A DNA stretch of 64,000 bases, from contig JAJFFF010000044.1 of assembly GCA_021776785.1 (NCBI GenBank), positions 150,578 through 214,577 of the forward strand, given 5' to 3'. The notes below the pieces were generated by a model. It was not told where the DNA came from, made no database searches, and saw only the letters and a program-made list of their open reading frames with translations. Below, one piece after another: positions 27,739 to 36,767 of this stretch. The position numbers and the translations under genes are program-made. Within the stretch, counting starts at the first letter, position 1, and each line of letters begins with the position of its first letter. Origin of the DNA: Planctomycetota bacterium (GTDB taxonomy: Bacteria; Planctomycetota; PLA2).

Positions 27739-30700
27739 ATGTCTGCTGGCCGTTTTTCCTCCGCACTCGCTTCCGTCCTGGACGCGGTTGATCGAGGGCA
27801 GACGATTACGCAGGACTGGCTCGTCGCGAACTTTCCGGCCGACGCCGATGCCATCGCCGAATCGCTGCAACTGGTTGCCGTCCTCGAAACCGAGCTCCAG
27901 CCGAACGCGATCGACGGCTACCGCCTTCGCGACGAACTCGGGCGCGGTGGAATGGGCGTTGTCTACGAGACAGAACGCGAGGGTCGTCCGCTTGCACTCA
28001 AACTGATGCAAGGCGAGTGGGTTAGATCCGAACAGGCGCGGCGGCGGTTTTTGCACGAGGCGGAACTTGGGACGCAGGTGCGCCATCCGAATCTCGTTCA
28101 CACGATTTCGTTCGGCGACGACGGGGATCGACCGTATCTCGTCATGGAACGTGTCGAGGGCGTCACCCTCGTCGAACACGGGTCGCTTTCTGTCGACGAG
28201 AGCGAGCGTGTCGCCCACGGCGTGGCGAGCGCGCTCACGGCGATCCACGACGCGGGCGTTGTTCATCGCGATGTCAAACCCTCCAACGTCATGTTGACGC
28301 TCGACGGAACCGTCAAGCTCATGGACCTCGGTGTGGCGAGCGAGGGACTGGAGGGACGTCACGAACCATTTGTCGGTTCACTGGCGTACGCGGCCCCCGA
28401 GCAAGTCGTCGGCGGGGTCGTCGATGGTCGTGCCGACATCTACGCGCTCGGCCTCGTCTTGACCGAGCTCGGCGATCCGGATTGGCGCCCGGAACTTCGC
28501 GAGGCCATGCTCGCACCCAACCCCCAAGACCGTCTCGGCGCGCGCGACGTTTTGGACAGTCTGCGAACGGGAGTCGTTCGTCGACGCGCCGCCGACCGGA
28601 TCTTTGGTCGCGATGACGAACTCCGCAGCATTCTCGACTACGTAAGCTCGCTTCGTTCGGGCAACGGATCCAGCCTTTTGATCGAAGCGGTCGGTGGCAT
28701 GGGCAAGTCGTTTCTTCTCGATCACGCACTGGCGGATGCGAGTGCGTGCCGCGGCCGTTATCGCGATGGCGAGGCCGGGATCTGGTCCGCTTGGGCGGAG
28801 GCTCTGCATACGCACGAGTCAGCGCTCCGCGAGCGCCACGGACGCCTTGCCGCACTGTTGTTCGAAAGCTCGTCGGACGCCACGCCCCTGCCGCTCGCCC
28901 GACTGATGCTCTTCGACGCGCTCACCGATTTAGCCGCGGCGGCGCCTCTGATGATCGTGATCGAAGATCTCCACCACGCTCCGGCGCAGGGGGCCGAGCT
29001 ATGCGCGGCGATGGCGGACAACTTGCGTGCGCATTCCGTTCTGCTCATCGCCACCACGCGGCCGGGCGTGCCTCGAACCGAATCGTGGTCTGCGCTTCTC
29101 GAGTTGCCGGGTCTCACCAACGCGGCACTGCAGCGCTTGGTTCACGCGTGCTTTGAGCCGGAGCGGGTATCCAACGACGTCGCTCGCGCGATCGCGACTC
29201 GGGCGGCAGGCGTCCCCTACTTCGTTGCATCTTCGTGCCGCCAACTCCAAGCCTCCGGTGCGATCGCCCGCATCGCGCCGGGTTTGTGGGGTGCGACCGG
29301 GGCCGCTCTAGACCCGCCGCGCGATCTTAGAGACGCTATCCGCCAACAACTCGAACACCTGCCGCCGGCGGAACGAGATCTGCTCCAACTCTTGGCGCTT
29401 TCCGTGGAGCCTCTTTGCCCCGAACTAAACTCCGACGCTGCCGTGGCCACCGCCCTCGCGGGACGCGGGTTGATTCGATCCCGCGACGGTGCACTAACGT
29501 TCGATCACGACGTAGTCCGCGAAGTCGTCCGCGACTCCATCGCGACAAAAGAAGCGAGGCAATGCCATCGACTCCTCGCGAGCCACGCACGAACGTCCGC
29601 CGCACAAGTTCATCACTTCGCGTGGGCCGGGGAAGACGAGAAGGCGCGCGACTTGATCCTCGCGGAAATTGCGCGCGCGCGCACCGAGCTCGACATGGAT
29701 CGGTACATCGCACTCCACAAGCTCGGCCTCGAATCGCGCGTTTGGCACGGCGCCGAGCGGGCGTCAGCGCTCGTGGAATACGCGAAGAATGGTGCCAGCC
29801 GGTCATTCGGTCACGAAAGAGCAGCCGCGCTCCTGGAGGAGGCACGCGACCTAGCTCACCGTGTCGGAGACGAAGATACTCGGATGCGAGCGATGAAGGA
29901 CCTCGTCATCGCATTGGCTCTCACGGGCCGTTCCGCAGAGGCCATTTTGTCGGGCGAACAAAGTTTAGAGCTAGCGAATCGCCTGGAAGATGTGGACGCG
30001 ATCTGGGAGATCAAACACTACTTGGCGACGGCGTTTACGCGGTTTGGCCTACGCGAGCGCGCCGCCGTACTTGCAAGACAGTTACTTGAAGACCTTCCCC
30101 GCGACGCACATCCCGACCAATCGGGGGCGGCCCACCACTGCCTGGGCACGGTCTACTTCTACCAAGGGCGATTGCGCGAGGCGCTTTATGAACATGCCAC
30201 TTGCTACAAGATCGGACGACACGGAAACTCGCTGTCCACCGCTACTCTAGGACTCGGCCACGTTGGCACCGTGCTCGTCCAGGCCGGATTTCACAAGCGC
30301 GCCCTCCACTGCTTCGAAGTCGCCCGCGCGCGAGTCCGTGACGCCATTCCTGTTTTCGACGTCATCATGGCCGGAAAAATGGCGAGCCTCTATTCGGCGC
30401 TTGGAGATCCGGGCAAGCACATTCGATTTGCGGAGAACGCACTCGCGGAGAGCATTCGGTTAGCACAAGCCGAAGCTCAATTCGACTTGCATGTCACGCT
30501 AGCTGGAGCCTACGCCGCGGTGGGCGCACGCGCGAAGGCTCGTGCCATGGTGGAGCGGGGCCGGGTCCTCGCCGCGATCGAGTCGACGAACAAGTGGGTC
30601 TTGACCGAGGCGGCGATCGAACAGAGTTGCGGTGACCTCGAACGCGAGAAGACACTCACCGAGCAAGCTCTCCAGGAGTTTCGTCGCATTCGCGACCCGC

Positions 30701-31095
30701 TCGAGACGTTGCGGACGCTGCGAATGCTCGCCGTGATTGAGTGCGAACGGCGAGAGTACGAAAAAGCCCGGTCTCGCTTTGCCGAAGTTGACGCGATGGA
30801 ACCTTTCGACGACCCTCGCGTAGCCGCACGCACAACGCTGGCGCGGACGTACTTGCCGGACGGCGACACCGGCGCGGCCCGGGCGGCGTTCCAATCCATG
30901 GAACCTCGTCTCGACCACTTCGAGCGGATGCGATTCCGCTATCGATTCTGGATCCGGGACGGCGACGCGCGCGATCTCGACGCGGCGCGAACACTCCTCC
31001 ACGCGGCAAGAGACACCGTGTCGAGCGAGTACAAGGACTCCATGCTCCGTAACGTCGTGGTTCACGATGCGATCGAACGCGGAATCCGTCCTTAG
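27739..31095 (+). CDS. PknK-like Ser/Thr protein kinase fused to a STAND/AAA ATPase and TPR repeats
   Basis: ORF 27643-31095 trimmed to ATG 27739. Kinase motifs GRGGMGVVYE, HRDVKPSN, DLGVA, SLAYAAPE. Walker A GGMGKS. The C-terminal ~500 aa is helical-repeat. Confidence 0.85.
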   Translation: MSAGRFSSALASVLDAVDRGQTITQDWLVANFPADADAIAESLQLVAVLETELQPNAIDGYRLRDELGRGGMGVVYETEREGRPLALKLMQGEWVRSEQARRRFLHEAELGTQVRHPNLVHTISFGDDGDRPYLVMERVEGVTLVEHGSLSVDESERVAHGVASALTAIHDAGVVHRDVKPSNVMLTLDGTVKLMDLGVASEGLEGRHEPFVGSLAYAAPEQVVGGVVDGRADIYALGLVLTELGDPDWRPELREAMLAPNPQDRLGARDVLDSLRTGVVRRRAADRIFGRDDELRSILDYVSSLRSGNGSSLLIEAVGGMGKSFLLDHALADASACRGRYRDGEAGIWSAWAEALHTHESALRERHGRLAALLFESSSDATPLPLARLMLFDALTDLAAAAPLMIVIEDLHHAPAQGAELCAAMADNLRAHSVLLIATTRPGVPRTESWSALLELPGLTNAALQRLVHACFEPERVSNDVARAIATRAAGVPYFVASSCRQLQASGAIARIAPGLWGATGAALDPPRDLRDAIRQQLEHLPPAERDLLQLLALSVEPLCPELNSDAAVATALAGRGLIRSRDGALTFDHDVVREVVRDSIATKEARQCHRLLASHARTSAAQVHHFAWAGEDEKARDLILAEIARARTELDMDRYIALHKLGLESRVWHGAERASALVEYAKNGASRSFGHERAAALLEEARDLAHRVGDEDTRMRAMKDLVIALALTGRSAEAILSGEQSLELANRLEDVDAIWEIKHYLATAFTRFGLRERAAVLARQLLEDLPRDAHPDQSGAAHHCLGTVYFYQGRLREALYEHATCYKIGRHGNSLSTATLGLGHVGTVLVQAGFHKRALHCFEVARARVRDAIPVFDVIMAGKMASLYSALGDPGKHIRFAENALAESIRLAQAEAQFDLHVTLAGAYAAVGARAKARAMVERGRVLAAIESTNKWVLTEAAIEQSCGDLEREKTLTEQALQEFRRIRDPLETLRTLRMLAVIECERREYEKARSRFAEVDAMEPFDDPRVAARTTLARTYLPDGDTGAARAAFQSMEPRLDHFERMRFRYRFWIRDGDARDLDAARTLLHAARDTVSSEYKDSMLRNVVVHDAIERGIRP

Positions 31096-31113
31096 ATCAC
31101 ATCCAGCCCGCGC

Positions 31114-31719
31114 CTACGGGTCGCCAGACGTTCCCAGACGATCGCGCAATTCGACGATCGCCCGGGCGAATCGCATACGCGCCGCCGCGTCGCTCGGTAG
31201 CGACAACTGCTCGGCGATCTCGCGAAACGACATTTTTTCCTCGAGGCGCAGTCGAATGACCTCCCGCTGATCGTCGTTGAGGTCGGCGAGCCGGGCACGA
31301 ATGAGAGAACGGTGTTCCGCATCCCCGGCCGCGGTGGCAGGTCCCGCCCCGTTGCGCGCGGGCGGGCTCCAACCCGTCGGCACGTGAACTTCGCGCTGCC
31401 GTCCCTCGTTGTCGAGATGCTTGCGCAGCTTCTTGCGGATCTTGTTCTCGCACTTGACGCGCAGCCAGCCGAGGAACGCCGCCTCGCCCCGGTCCTCAAA
31501 CTTCTCGAGATCTTTCATGACCTCCAAGAAGACGGACTGCGCAATATCCGTCGTTTGATAGAGCGCCTTCATGTCGCCACGCAGCCGCCCCCGGATCCGC
31601 GCCAAGACGGCATTGGAATACCGGCGATAGATCTCATCCAGCGCCTCTTCATCCCCCTCTTGAGCGCGGCGCAGCGCCGGCGAGAACTCCCAACCATCCA
31701 CACCCACAGCATAAACCAA
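31114..31719 (-). CDS. ECF-type RNA polymerase sigma factor
   Basis: 201 aa. Region 2 (DIAQSVFLEVMKDLEKF, FLGWLRVKCENKIRK) and region 4 (DDQREVIRLRLEEKMSFREIAEQLSLPSDAAARMRFARA). Confidence 0.85.
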   Translation of the reverse strand: MVYAVGVDGWEFSPALRRAQEGDEEALDEIYRRYSNAVLARIRGRLRGDMKALYQTTDIAQSVFLEVMKDLEKFEDRGEAAFLGWLRVKCENKIRKKLRKHLDNEGRQREVHVPTGWSPPARNGAGPATAAGDAEHRSLIRARLADLNDDQREVIRLRLEEKMSFREIAEQLSLPSDAAARMRFARAIVELRDRLGTSGDP

Positions 31720-31746
31720 ACGTTTTATCCGTGTGGAGTTGCATCG

Positions 31747-33720
31747 TTACTTCACAACGATGACTCGCTCGCCGGTGTCGGGTGAGATGGCCATCACGCT
31801 TGCGGTCGCTCGATCGCCCACGAGCACGACGTGGCGGGCTTCGTCGTACAAAACGGTCAGCGGGTTGTCGAGTGCCGGCCCGCGGGTCCTCACTTCGGTG
31901 AGTTCCCCGGAACGCAGATCGATGCAGATCAGCTCTCCGGATCCGACTTGGAACGCGCGTCGGCCGACGACGTCAATCGCTAGATCCGGAAGAAAGCTCC
32001 TTGCCTCCGCGACGAGATCGCGGTTCCCCGTTTGCGGGTCGATCGAAACGTAACCGCGCCCGAGATCGTTCACCAAGAGCTCACCGGTGGTCGCGCTCGC
32101 ATCCAAGCACCAGAGAGATTCGAGCGCGGGCCCGCTCCCGGCTTCCGCGCCAGAAAACACGGTTCGGTCACCGGTTTGTAGATCCACACGCACGATCGCC
32201 TTTAAGGCGATGTCCATCACCAGCGCGTATTGGCCGTCAAACGCAATGCGGTCCGGCCTCACCAGCAAGGGCCCGCTCCCGCGCGTACCGTCGGACAACG
32301 TGGTCACGTTCCCCGACGCCGGATCGACGGCGAGCAACGAGGGACCGGTCAAAACGCTCACGATCAACCGATCGTGCGTCGCGTCAAACAACATCGACCC
32401 GACCACGGTGTGCGGCGCCGCGCGAACGTTTTGGATCAACGTGCGCGTATTTCCTTCGATGAAAACGATGTCGCCGTTCGATTTCAGCGCGAATGTGCGG
32501 CCATCGGGCGACCTTACCAACTCACGAATGTTGTCGAGGTCCGGCCCGGTTCCGGCGCGCACGCCACTCAAAATCGAACGATGGCCCGTACCGACGTCGA
32601 TCGCAACGGTCGCATCCAAGCCTTCGTCCGTTAGCAGCAGGCGGTTGCGGTCCCGTTCGAAGACCATGCCGCGCGGCGCCACGAGTCGCGGGCCGTCCTG
32701 GCCGTCACCGGACAAAACGCGACGAATTCCCGTGATCGCGCTCCACTCGAGGACATACCCCGTGTTCTGGTCCACACCGAAGAGCACCGAGCGCGCGGCA
32801 TCCCACGCGAGCCCCCGCATGTCTGTCCCCGCCGCATCGGTGGAGAGTGTGGTCGCGACCGCCGTGTCGAGATCCCAAGCGGTCACCGTTTCCCCAACGG
32901 CGATCAACCGGTTGCCGACGCCGTCGATCACGAAGTCGTGCATCGCTTTAAAGCCGACGCCAGTAAGCGTCGTCCGCTCCGCCGTGGCGCCATCCACAGA
33001 AAACACACCGCCGCTCCCGGTTCGATCGCTCGCGATGAACTGCGTCGTCGCGGAGTCAAAACGCACGCCGGCAACGTTTGAGAACGAAGCGCCGGTGCCG
33101 ATTCCTTTCGCGGTCGCGATGTCGGTCGCGCCGCTCTCGAGATCGACACGAAAAATCGAACCGAGCCCACCGATGTAGGCCTCGCGCCCGTCGTCGCGGA
33201 TCGCGATGCGCCCGGCGTTCAAGAGCGCCACGCCGGTCAGCGGTAAAACGCTGCGCGCCCCCGTCACGAGATCGACCGCAAGCAAGCGATCGGACTCCAC
33301 CACTAACAACCGACCGCGCGTTTTGTCCAGTGCAACACCGACGGGGTTACGAAACGCCGGATCGGTCCGCTCGACCATGATCGCGGTGTTCGCGGTGTGG
33401 TCATCTCCATCCCGCACCGCCCGCACCGCCACGACGAAGTCGTTCGCACCGCGGTTGAGGGGGACGCGCACCTGCCACGTCGCAAACTGATCATCGCTGG
33501 TCGCTTCGATGTCGTTGACCGCAACTCCGTTGATCGCGGCGTCCGCCGCAGCCGTCCCGTTGACCAAAATCGTCTCTTGGTCCGTCACGCCTCCGGTGGG
33601 CGGGAACAAGACGCTGACGCGCAGGGCGATATCGGCTGCAGGTGCGCCGCCTCCCCCGCCGCACGCTCCAAGCATCCAAAATAGTGTGGCTCCAAGAATC
33701 ATCACGCGTCGTTGCATCAT
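31747..33720 (-). CDS. Lipoprotein with NHL-like beta-propeller repeats
   Basis: ORF 31747-34083 trimmed to ATG 33720 (MMQRRVMILGATLFWMLGAC, lipobox). The upstream part overlaps the LanC-like gene. About 10 recurring ~45-60-aa units of the type RLLVxD...VDxxTGxRxxLSG. Confidence 0.7.
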   Translation of the reverse strand: MMQRRVMILGATLFWMLGACGGGGGAPAADIALRVSVLFPPTGGVTDQETILVNGTAAADAAINGVAVNDIEATSDDQFATWQVRVPLNRGANDFVVAVRAVRDGDDHTANTAIMVERTDPAFRNPVGVALDKTRGRLLVVESDRLLAVDLVTGARSVLPLTGVALLNAGRIAIRDDGREAYIGGLGSIFRVDLESGATDIATAKGIGTGASFSNVAGVRFDSATTQFIASDRTGSGGVFSVDGATAERTTLTGVGFKAMHDFVIDGVGNRLIAVGETVTAWDLDTAVATTLSTDAAGTDMRGLAWDAARSVLFGVDQNTGYVLEWSAITGIRRVLSGDGQDGPRLVAPRGMVFERDRNRLLLTDEGLDATVAIDVGTGHRSILSGVRAGTGPDLDNIRELVRSPDGRTFALKSNGDIVFIEGNTRTLIQNVRAAPHTVVGSMLFDATHDRLIVSVLTGPSLLAVDPASGNVTTLSDGTRGSGPLLVRPDRIAFDGQYALVMDIALKAIVRVDLQTGDRTVFSGAEAGSGPALESLWCLDASATTGELLVNDLGRGYVSIDPQTGNRDLVAEARSFLPDLAIDVVGRRAFQVGSGELICIDLRSGELTEVRTRGPALDNPLTVLYDEARHVVLVGDRATASVMAISPDTGERVIVVK

Positions 33721-33776
33721 CGGTCCCCGCAATCCTTCGTTTGTATGAAGTCTGATGCCGAGGCGCGGTGAACCGG

Positions 33777-34965
33777 TCAGAAACGTTGCGGAGCCACCAT
33801 CATCGGCAGCGGCGTATCCCTTGGATGGGCAAGCCGCAGGAAGAAGTGGCCGATACCCGCCCAGCCAGTCATATAGGACGCAGAGTAGACGCCCGCCACC
33901 TTGTAGGTCCCGTTCTCCCAACGCAACAACGAGGCCCCAAATTCGCGCGCGCTGACCCAGTGCTTGCTCTTTCCCGTCCGCTGAAACGCCTCGATCAAGA
34001 GCTCCGCATTGCCGGACACGCCGTGGCACTGGCACCCCGAGCGCCGCGCCGTTCGCCCGAGCCGCTTCGTTGTCGCGACGCAACGGTCCAGCGCCGCCGC
34101 ATGCGTTCGTCGGAGTCGATAGAGTTCAAGAAAAAACAGCCCGGTGCCAGGCGCGCCGTGACACCACTGAATGCGCTTCCACTCCTTGCGTTGCGGAGGG
34201 TCGGTGCGCCACCAGTGCCAGCCGTCGGACCCTTCGGGCTCCGCCACGCTTATCACGTACCGTGCAGCTTGCGCGGCCAGCGTGCCGTACACCTTGTTCC
34301 CCGTCACGCGCGCGGCATGCAAAAGAAAGTAACCGATGCCCGCCGCGCCGTGGGAGAACCCGACGTACGTCGAACGCCCGGGTGCGATCGGCCAGCACGC
34401 CGTGTCGCGCTTGACACGCGCCGTCCGAACAAGGTACTCGGCTGCGTCCACGATGTGCTGTCGATGACGACGAGTCACCGCATGCAAATTGACGAGAAAT
34501 GTGTACGCGGGCGACTCCGGCGTCGCGCTTCTTTATCTCGGTTTGTATCGTGCGACCAAGAAGAAGCGGTGGCGGACGTTGGCGCGTCGCGCCCTCGATC
34601 GAGCATTCGCGCAAAGAGACGACCTGGACAGTGGTCTCTACACCGGCCGCGCTGGAATCGGGCAAGTCTGCTTGGACGCGTACCAGGCGACGGGGAGCGC
34701 GGCGTTTTTGACGCGCGCCAAGGCTTGCGCGGAGGGTCTGACCTACACGGCGACGGACATCATTTCCGGAGCGGCCGGCATCGGCGTGATCGCCACGCCC
34801 GGTTTTGACATCCGCAATCTTGTCGCCGACCTCGCGGGCGAGGCGCAGGCACACGGAACGGCGCGCCAGTCGGCGGACTGCGTCCGGAACCGACTGCGGA
34901 GGGCGCTGCTCCTGCGCGTGCGCCAGGACCGCCCACACCAAGACGCACGAGATTCGCAACCTCAA
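33777..34965 (-). pseudogene. LanC-like (lanthionine-synthetase-C-like) gene, disrupted by an inverted internal segment
   Basis: The minus-strand frame 33777-34499 encodes the C-terminal ~240 aa, with GFSHGAAGIGYF, WCHGAPGTG, CHGVSGNAELL and GWAGIGHFF. The N-terminal repeats are on the + strand at 34501-34788. A 5' remnant (ATG 34811, or signal-peptide-like TTG 34965) is on the minus strand. Confidence 0.6.
34500..34788 (+). other. Inverted gene segment encoding LanC N-terminal repeats 1-3 (boundaries +/- a few nt)
   Basis: The + frame reads VYAGDSGVALLYLGLYRATKKKRW...GLYTGRAGIGQVCLDAY...DIISGAAGIGV. It lies head-to-head with the minus-strand remainder of the gene. Hand-counted third-position G/C favours the + frame here. 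Confidence 0.6.
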
Positions 34966-36767
34966 TGCGTCTCCCGCACCGTGACGTCGGTCTGGCCGGG
35001 AGCAACCACAACGCGAAGGTCAACGGGTTCTGGTTTTCGTTCGATGCGGTAGGTTCCCGGCGAAACGCCCCACATGGAGAACTTCCCGTCCTCGCCGACC
35101 GGAACCCATGTGAAGTCCGGGCCGACCAGTCGCACGCGCGGTCCGCGCGTGACGTCTGCTAGCGTTCCTACGACGCGCGCGCCGGGTGCGACCACATCGC
35201 TCCACTGGTCCGTGAAGGGCAACTCGATCGAACCCGCATCCAAGAACGACCGCCCCGGAAGATGGAGGGTGACGTCGTACGCATCGGGAATAAACGGCGC
35301 CTCAAAGCGCCCGTGCGCATCGAACACGATGTAGGAGAAGCCTCCGGTACGCTTGTTCAGTTGGATCCGGCCCGGCCCGATCGGTGCTCCCGCCGTGTTC
35401 CGGACCGTACCCGTCCACCGCGGCAGTGCCGAAGCCAGCCCGAAGTCCAACACCGTCGTCGTTCCCTTGGTCAACGTCGTCGTGCGCGCAAGGACGGTCG
35501 CACTCCGGCGCCCTGCGCCGGGCGCGGACGAAACCGCCCAGTACTCACCGTCGGGCAATCCATCCGCGAAGTACGTTCCGTCGGCTCCGACTTCGACCCA
35601 TACACTCACGGGACTCGCTTTGCCGTTGATTTGAACGAGTGCCCCGACGTTGGCGCGTCCCACGGGGTCGAGGACGCGGCCCGTGAGCGCAGAGCCTCCG
35701 ATCGCAACGGTCAGCCGACGGCCCGGGCGCGTGATCGCTTCACGCAGCGGACGCCCATCACACGAAATGCCGACGACGTAGACGCCGCCGGGTAGTCCGC
35801 GCAACTCAAACGTCCCATCCTCGTCGACAGTCCCCCGTCGAACTTCGGGCAGATCCAGCCAGTGGTTGGGCAGGCGCCGGTAGTTTTTGTAGCGCAGGGC
35901 GTAGACCCGACCACCCGGAAGCGGACGTTCGAATTCACGAACCGTACCGACGATTGCGTCGGGTGCAACGGCAGCACCGGGCGATGGATTCGCCTCGCGT
36001 TGCGATGGGTCGATCCACTCGGTCGATACTGGAGGCGTCGCGTTCTCAACACGCACGGACCGTCGCTCGCCTCCCGGATCGGCATGGGCGAGGTTCGCCG
36101 TCCTCGCACGCGCGCGGCGATCCGGCACAGCTTCCGCGTCATGAGCGACGAGCTGCGCGGTGATGAGAACCGCCGCCGTCACGCCAGCGATCCCCGCGAC
36201 CGGAGCCACGAGCTTCGCCGTCCGCACCGCGGGATAGGCGAGCGGAAGCAACGCGAGGGCGAACGATCGGTCGTCATCGAACAAATCCGCGCGCCTTAGC
36301 CGCGCCCTCAGCCTCTGGACGCCCTCGTGCGTCCGGCGCCGCACCGTCCCGGGCGGAACACGCGTTTGCGCGGCGACCTTGGCCGCGCTGTAGCCGTCCA
36401 GATAACGCAGCACGATCGTGGAACGGTAGGGCTCGTCGAGTTCCAGAACGGCCTCGACGATCTTCCGGCGCGTCTCGATGTCGGCGATCGTGTCGCGCGG
36501 ATGGCTTGACTCGGACTGCGCGACGGCGTGCTCGCGGCGCAACCGACGCGCGTCGTCACGGAGTTTGCGCAACGCGAAGTTGCGCGCTACGGCTCGCAAC
36601 CAAGCGCGCAGCGTTCCGCGCGCAACTCGTGGATGTTCGAGAGCGGCTACCCAAGTGTCCTGCACGACATCGTCGACGCGGTTCTCGCTCCGCAGCAAGC
36701 GCCGCGCGACCGCGCGCACGAAGTCCTGGTGTTGCAGCAGATCCTGCACATCCAAAGGCGCGCTCAA
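34962..36767 (-). CDS. ECF sigma factor fused to a TM helix and extracytoplasmic CarboxypepD_reg-like beta-sandwich domains
   Basis: ORF 34962-37052 trimmed to TTG 36767, which forms a TTGA overlap with the upstream stop. Sigma regions 2 and 4 (DVVQDTWVAALEH; YRSTIVLRYLDGYSAAKVAAQTRVPPGTVRRRTHEG). TM segment VAPVAGIAGVTAAVLITAQLV. Repeated DGxFxxxGLPxGxY motifs follow. Confidence 0.75.
   Translation of the reverse strand: MSAPLDVQDLLQHQDFVRAVARRLLRSENRVDDVVQDTWVAALEHPRVARGTLRAWLRAVARNFALRKLRDDARRLRREHAVAQSESSHPRDTIADIETRRKIVEAVLELDEPYRSTIVLRYLDGYSAAKVAAQTRVPPGTVRRRTHEGVQRLRARLRRADLFDDDRSFALALLPLAYPAVRTAKLVAPVAGIAGVTAAVLITAQLVAHDAEAVPDRRARARTANLAHADPGGERRSVRVENATPPVSTEWIDPSQREANPSPGAAVAPDAIVGTVREFERPLPGGRVYALRYKNYRRLPNHWLDLPEVRRGTVDEDGTFELRGLPGGVYVVGISCDGRPLREAITRPGRRLTVAIGGSALTGRVLDPVGRANVGALVQINGKASPVSVWVEVGADGTYFADGLPDGEYWAVSSAPGAGRRSATVLARTTTLTKGTTTVLDFGLASALPRWTGTVRNTAGAPIGPGRIQLNKRTGGFSYIVFDAHGRFEAPFIPDAYDVTLHLPGRSFLDAGSIELPFTDQWSDVVAPGARVVGTLADVTRGPRVRLVGPDFTWVPVGEDGKFSMWGVSPGTYRIERKPEPVDLRVVVAPGQTDVTVRETH

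Noticed and set aside
33721-34083. N-terminal extensions of several tracked ORFs: 31747-34083, 34962-37052, 36764-38401, 12983-15010, 52420-54762, 47347-48639, 19218-20510 and 23103-24203.
   Set aside because: The extensions overlap upstream genes and are Arg/Gly-rich. They precede internal starts that give canonical signal peptides, lipoboxes or family N-termini, often with a Shine-Dalgarno sequence or a 4-nt start/stop overlap.
34480-34810. Classical inverton (flanking inverted repeats) around the inverted LanC segment.
   Set aside because: Comparing about 25 nt on each side of both junctions by eye revealed no inverted repeat or microhomology. The inversion is reported, but a site-specific switch is not asserted.
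27739-34965. Lanthipeptide (class III/IV-like) biosynthetic cluster, suggested by a LanC-like gene near a Ser/Thr kinase.
   Set aside because: I found no dehydratase or lyase domain, no Ser/Thr/Cys-rich precursor ORF and no transporter or leader peptidase. The kinase is a PknK-type signalling protein on the opposite strand, and the LanC-like gene is disrupted in this sequence.
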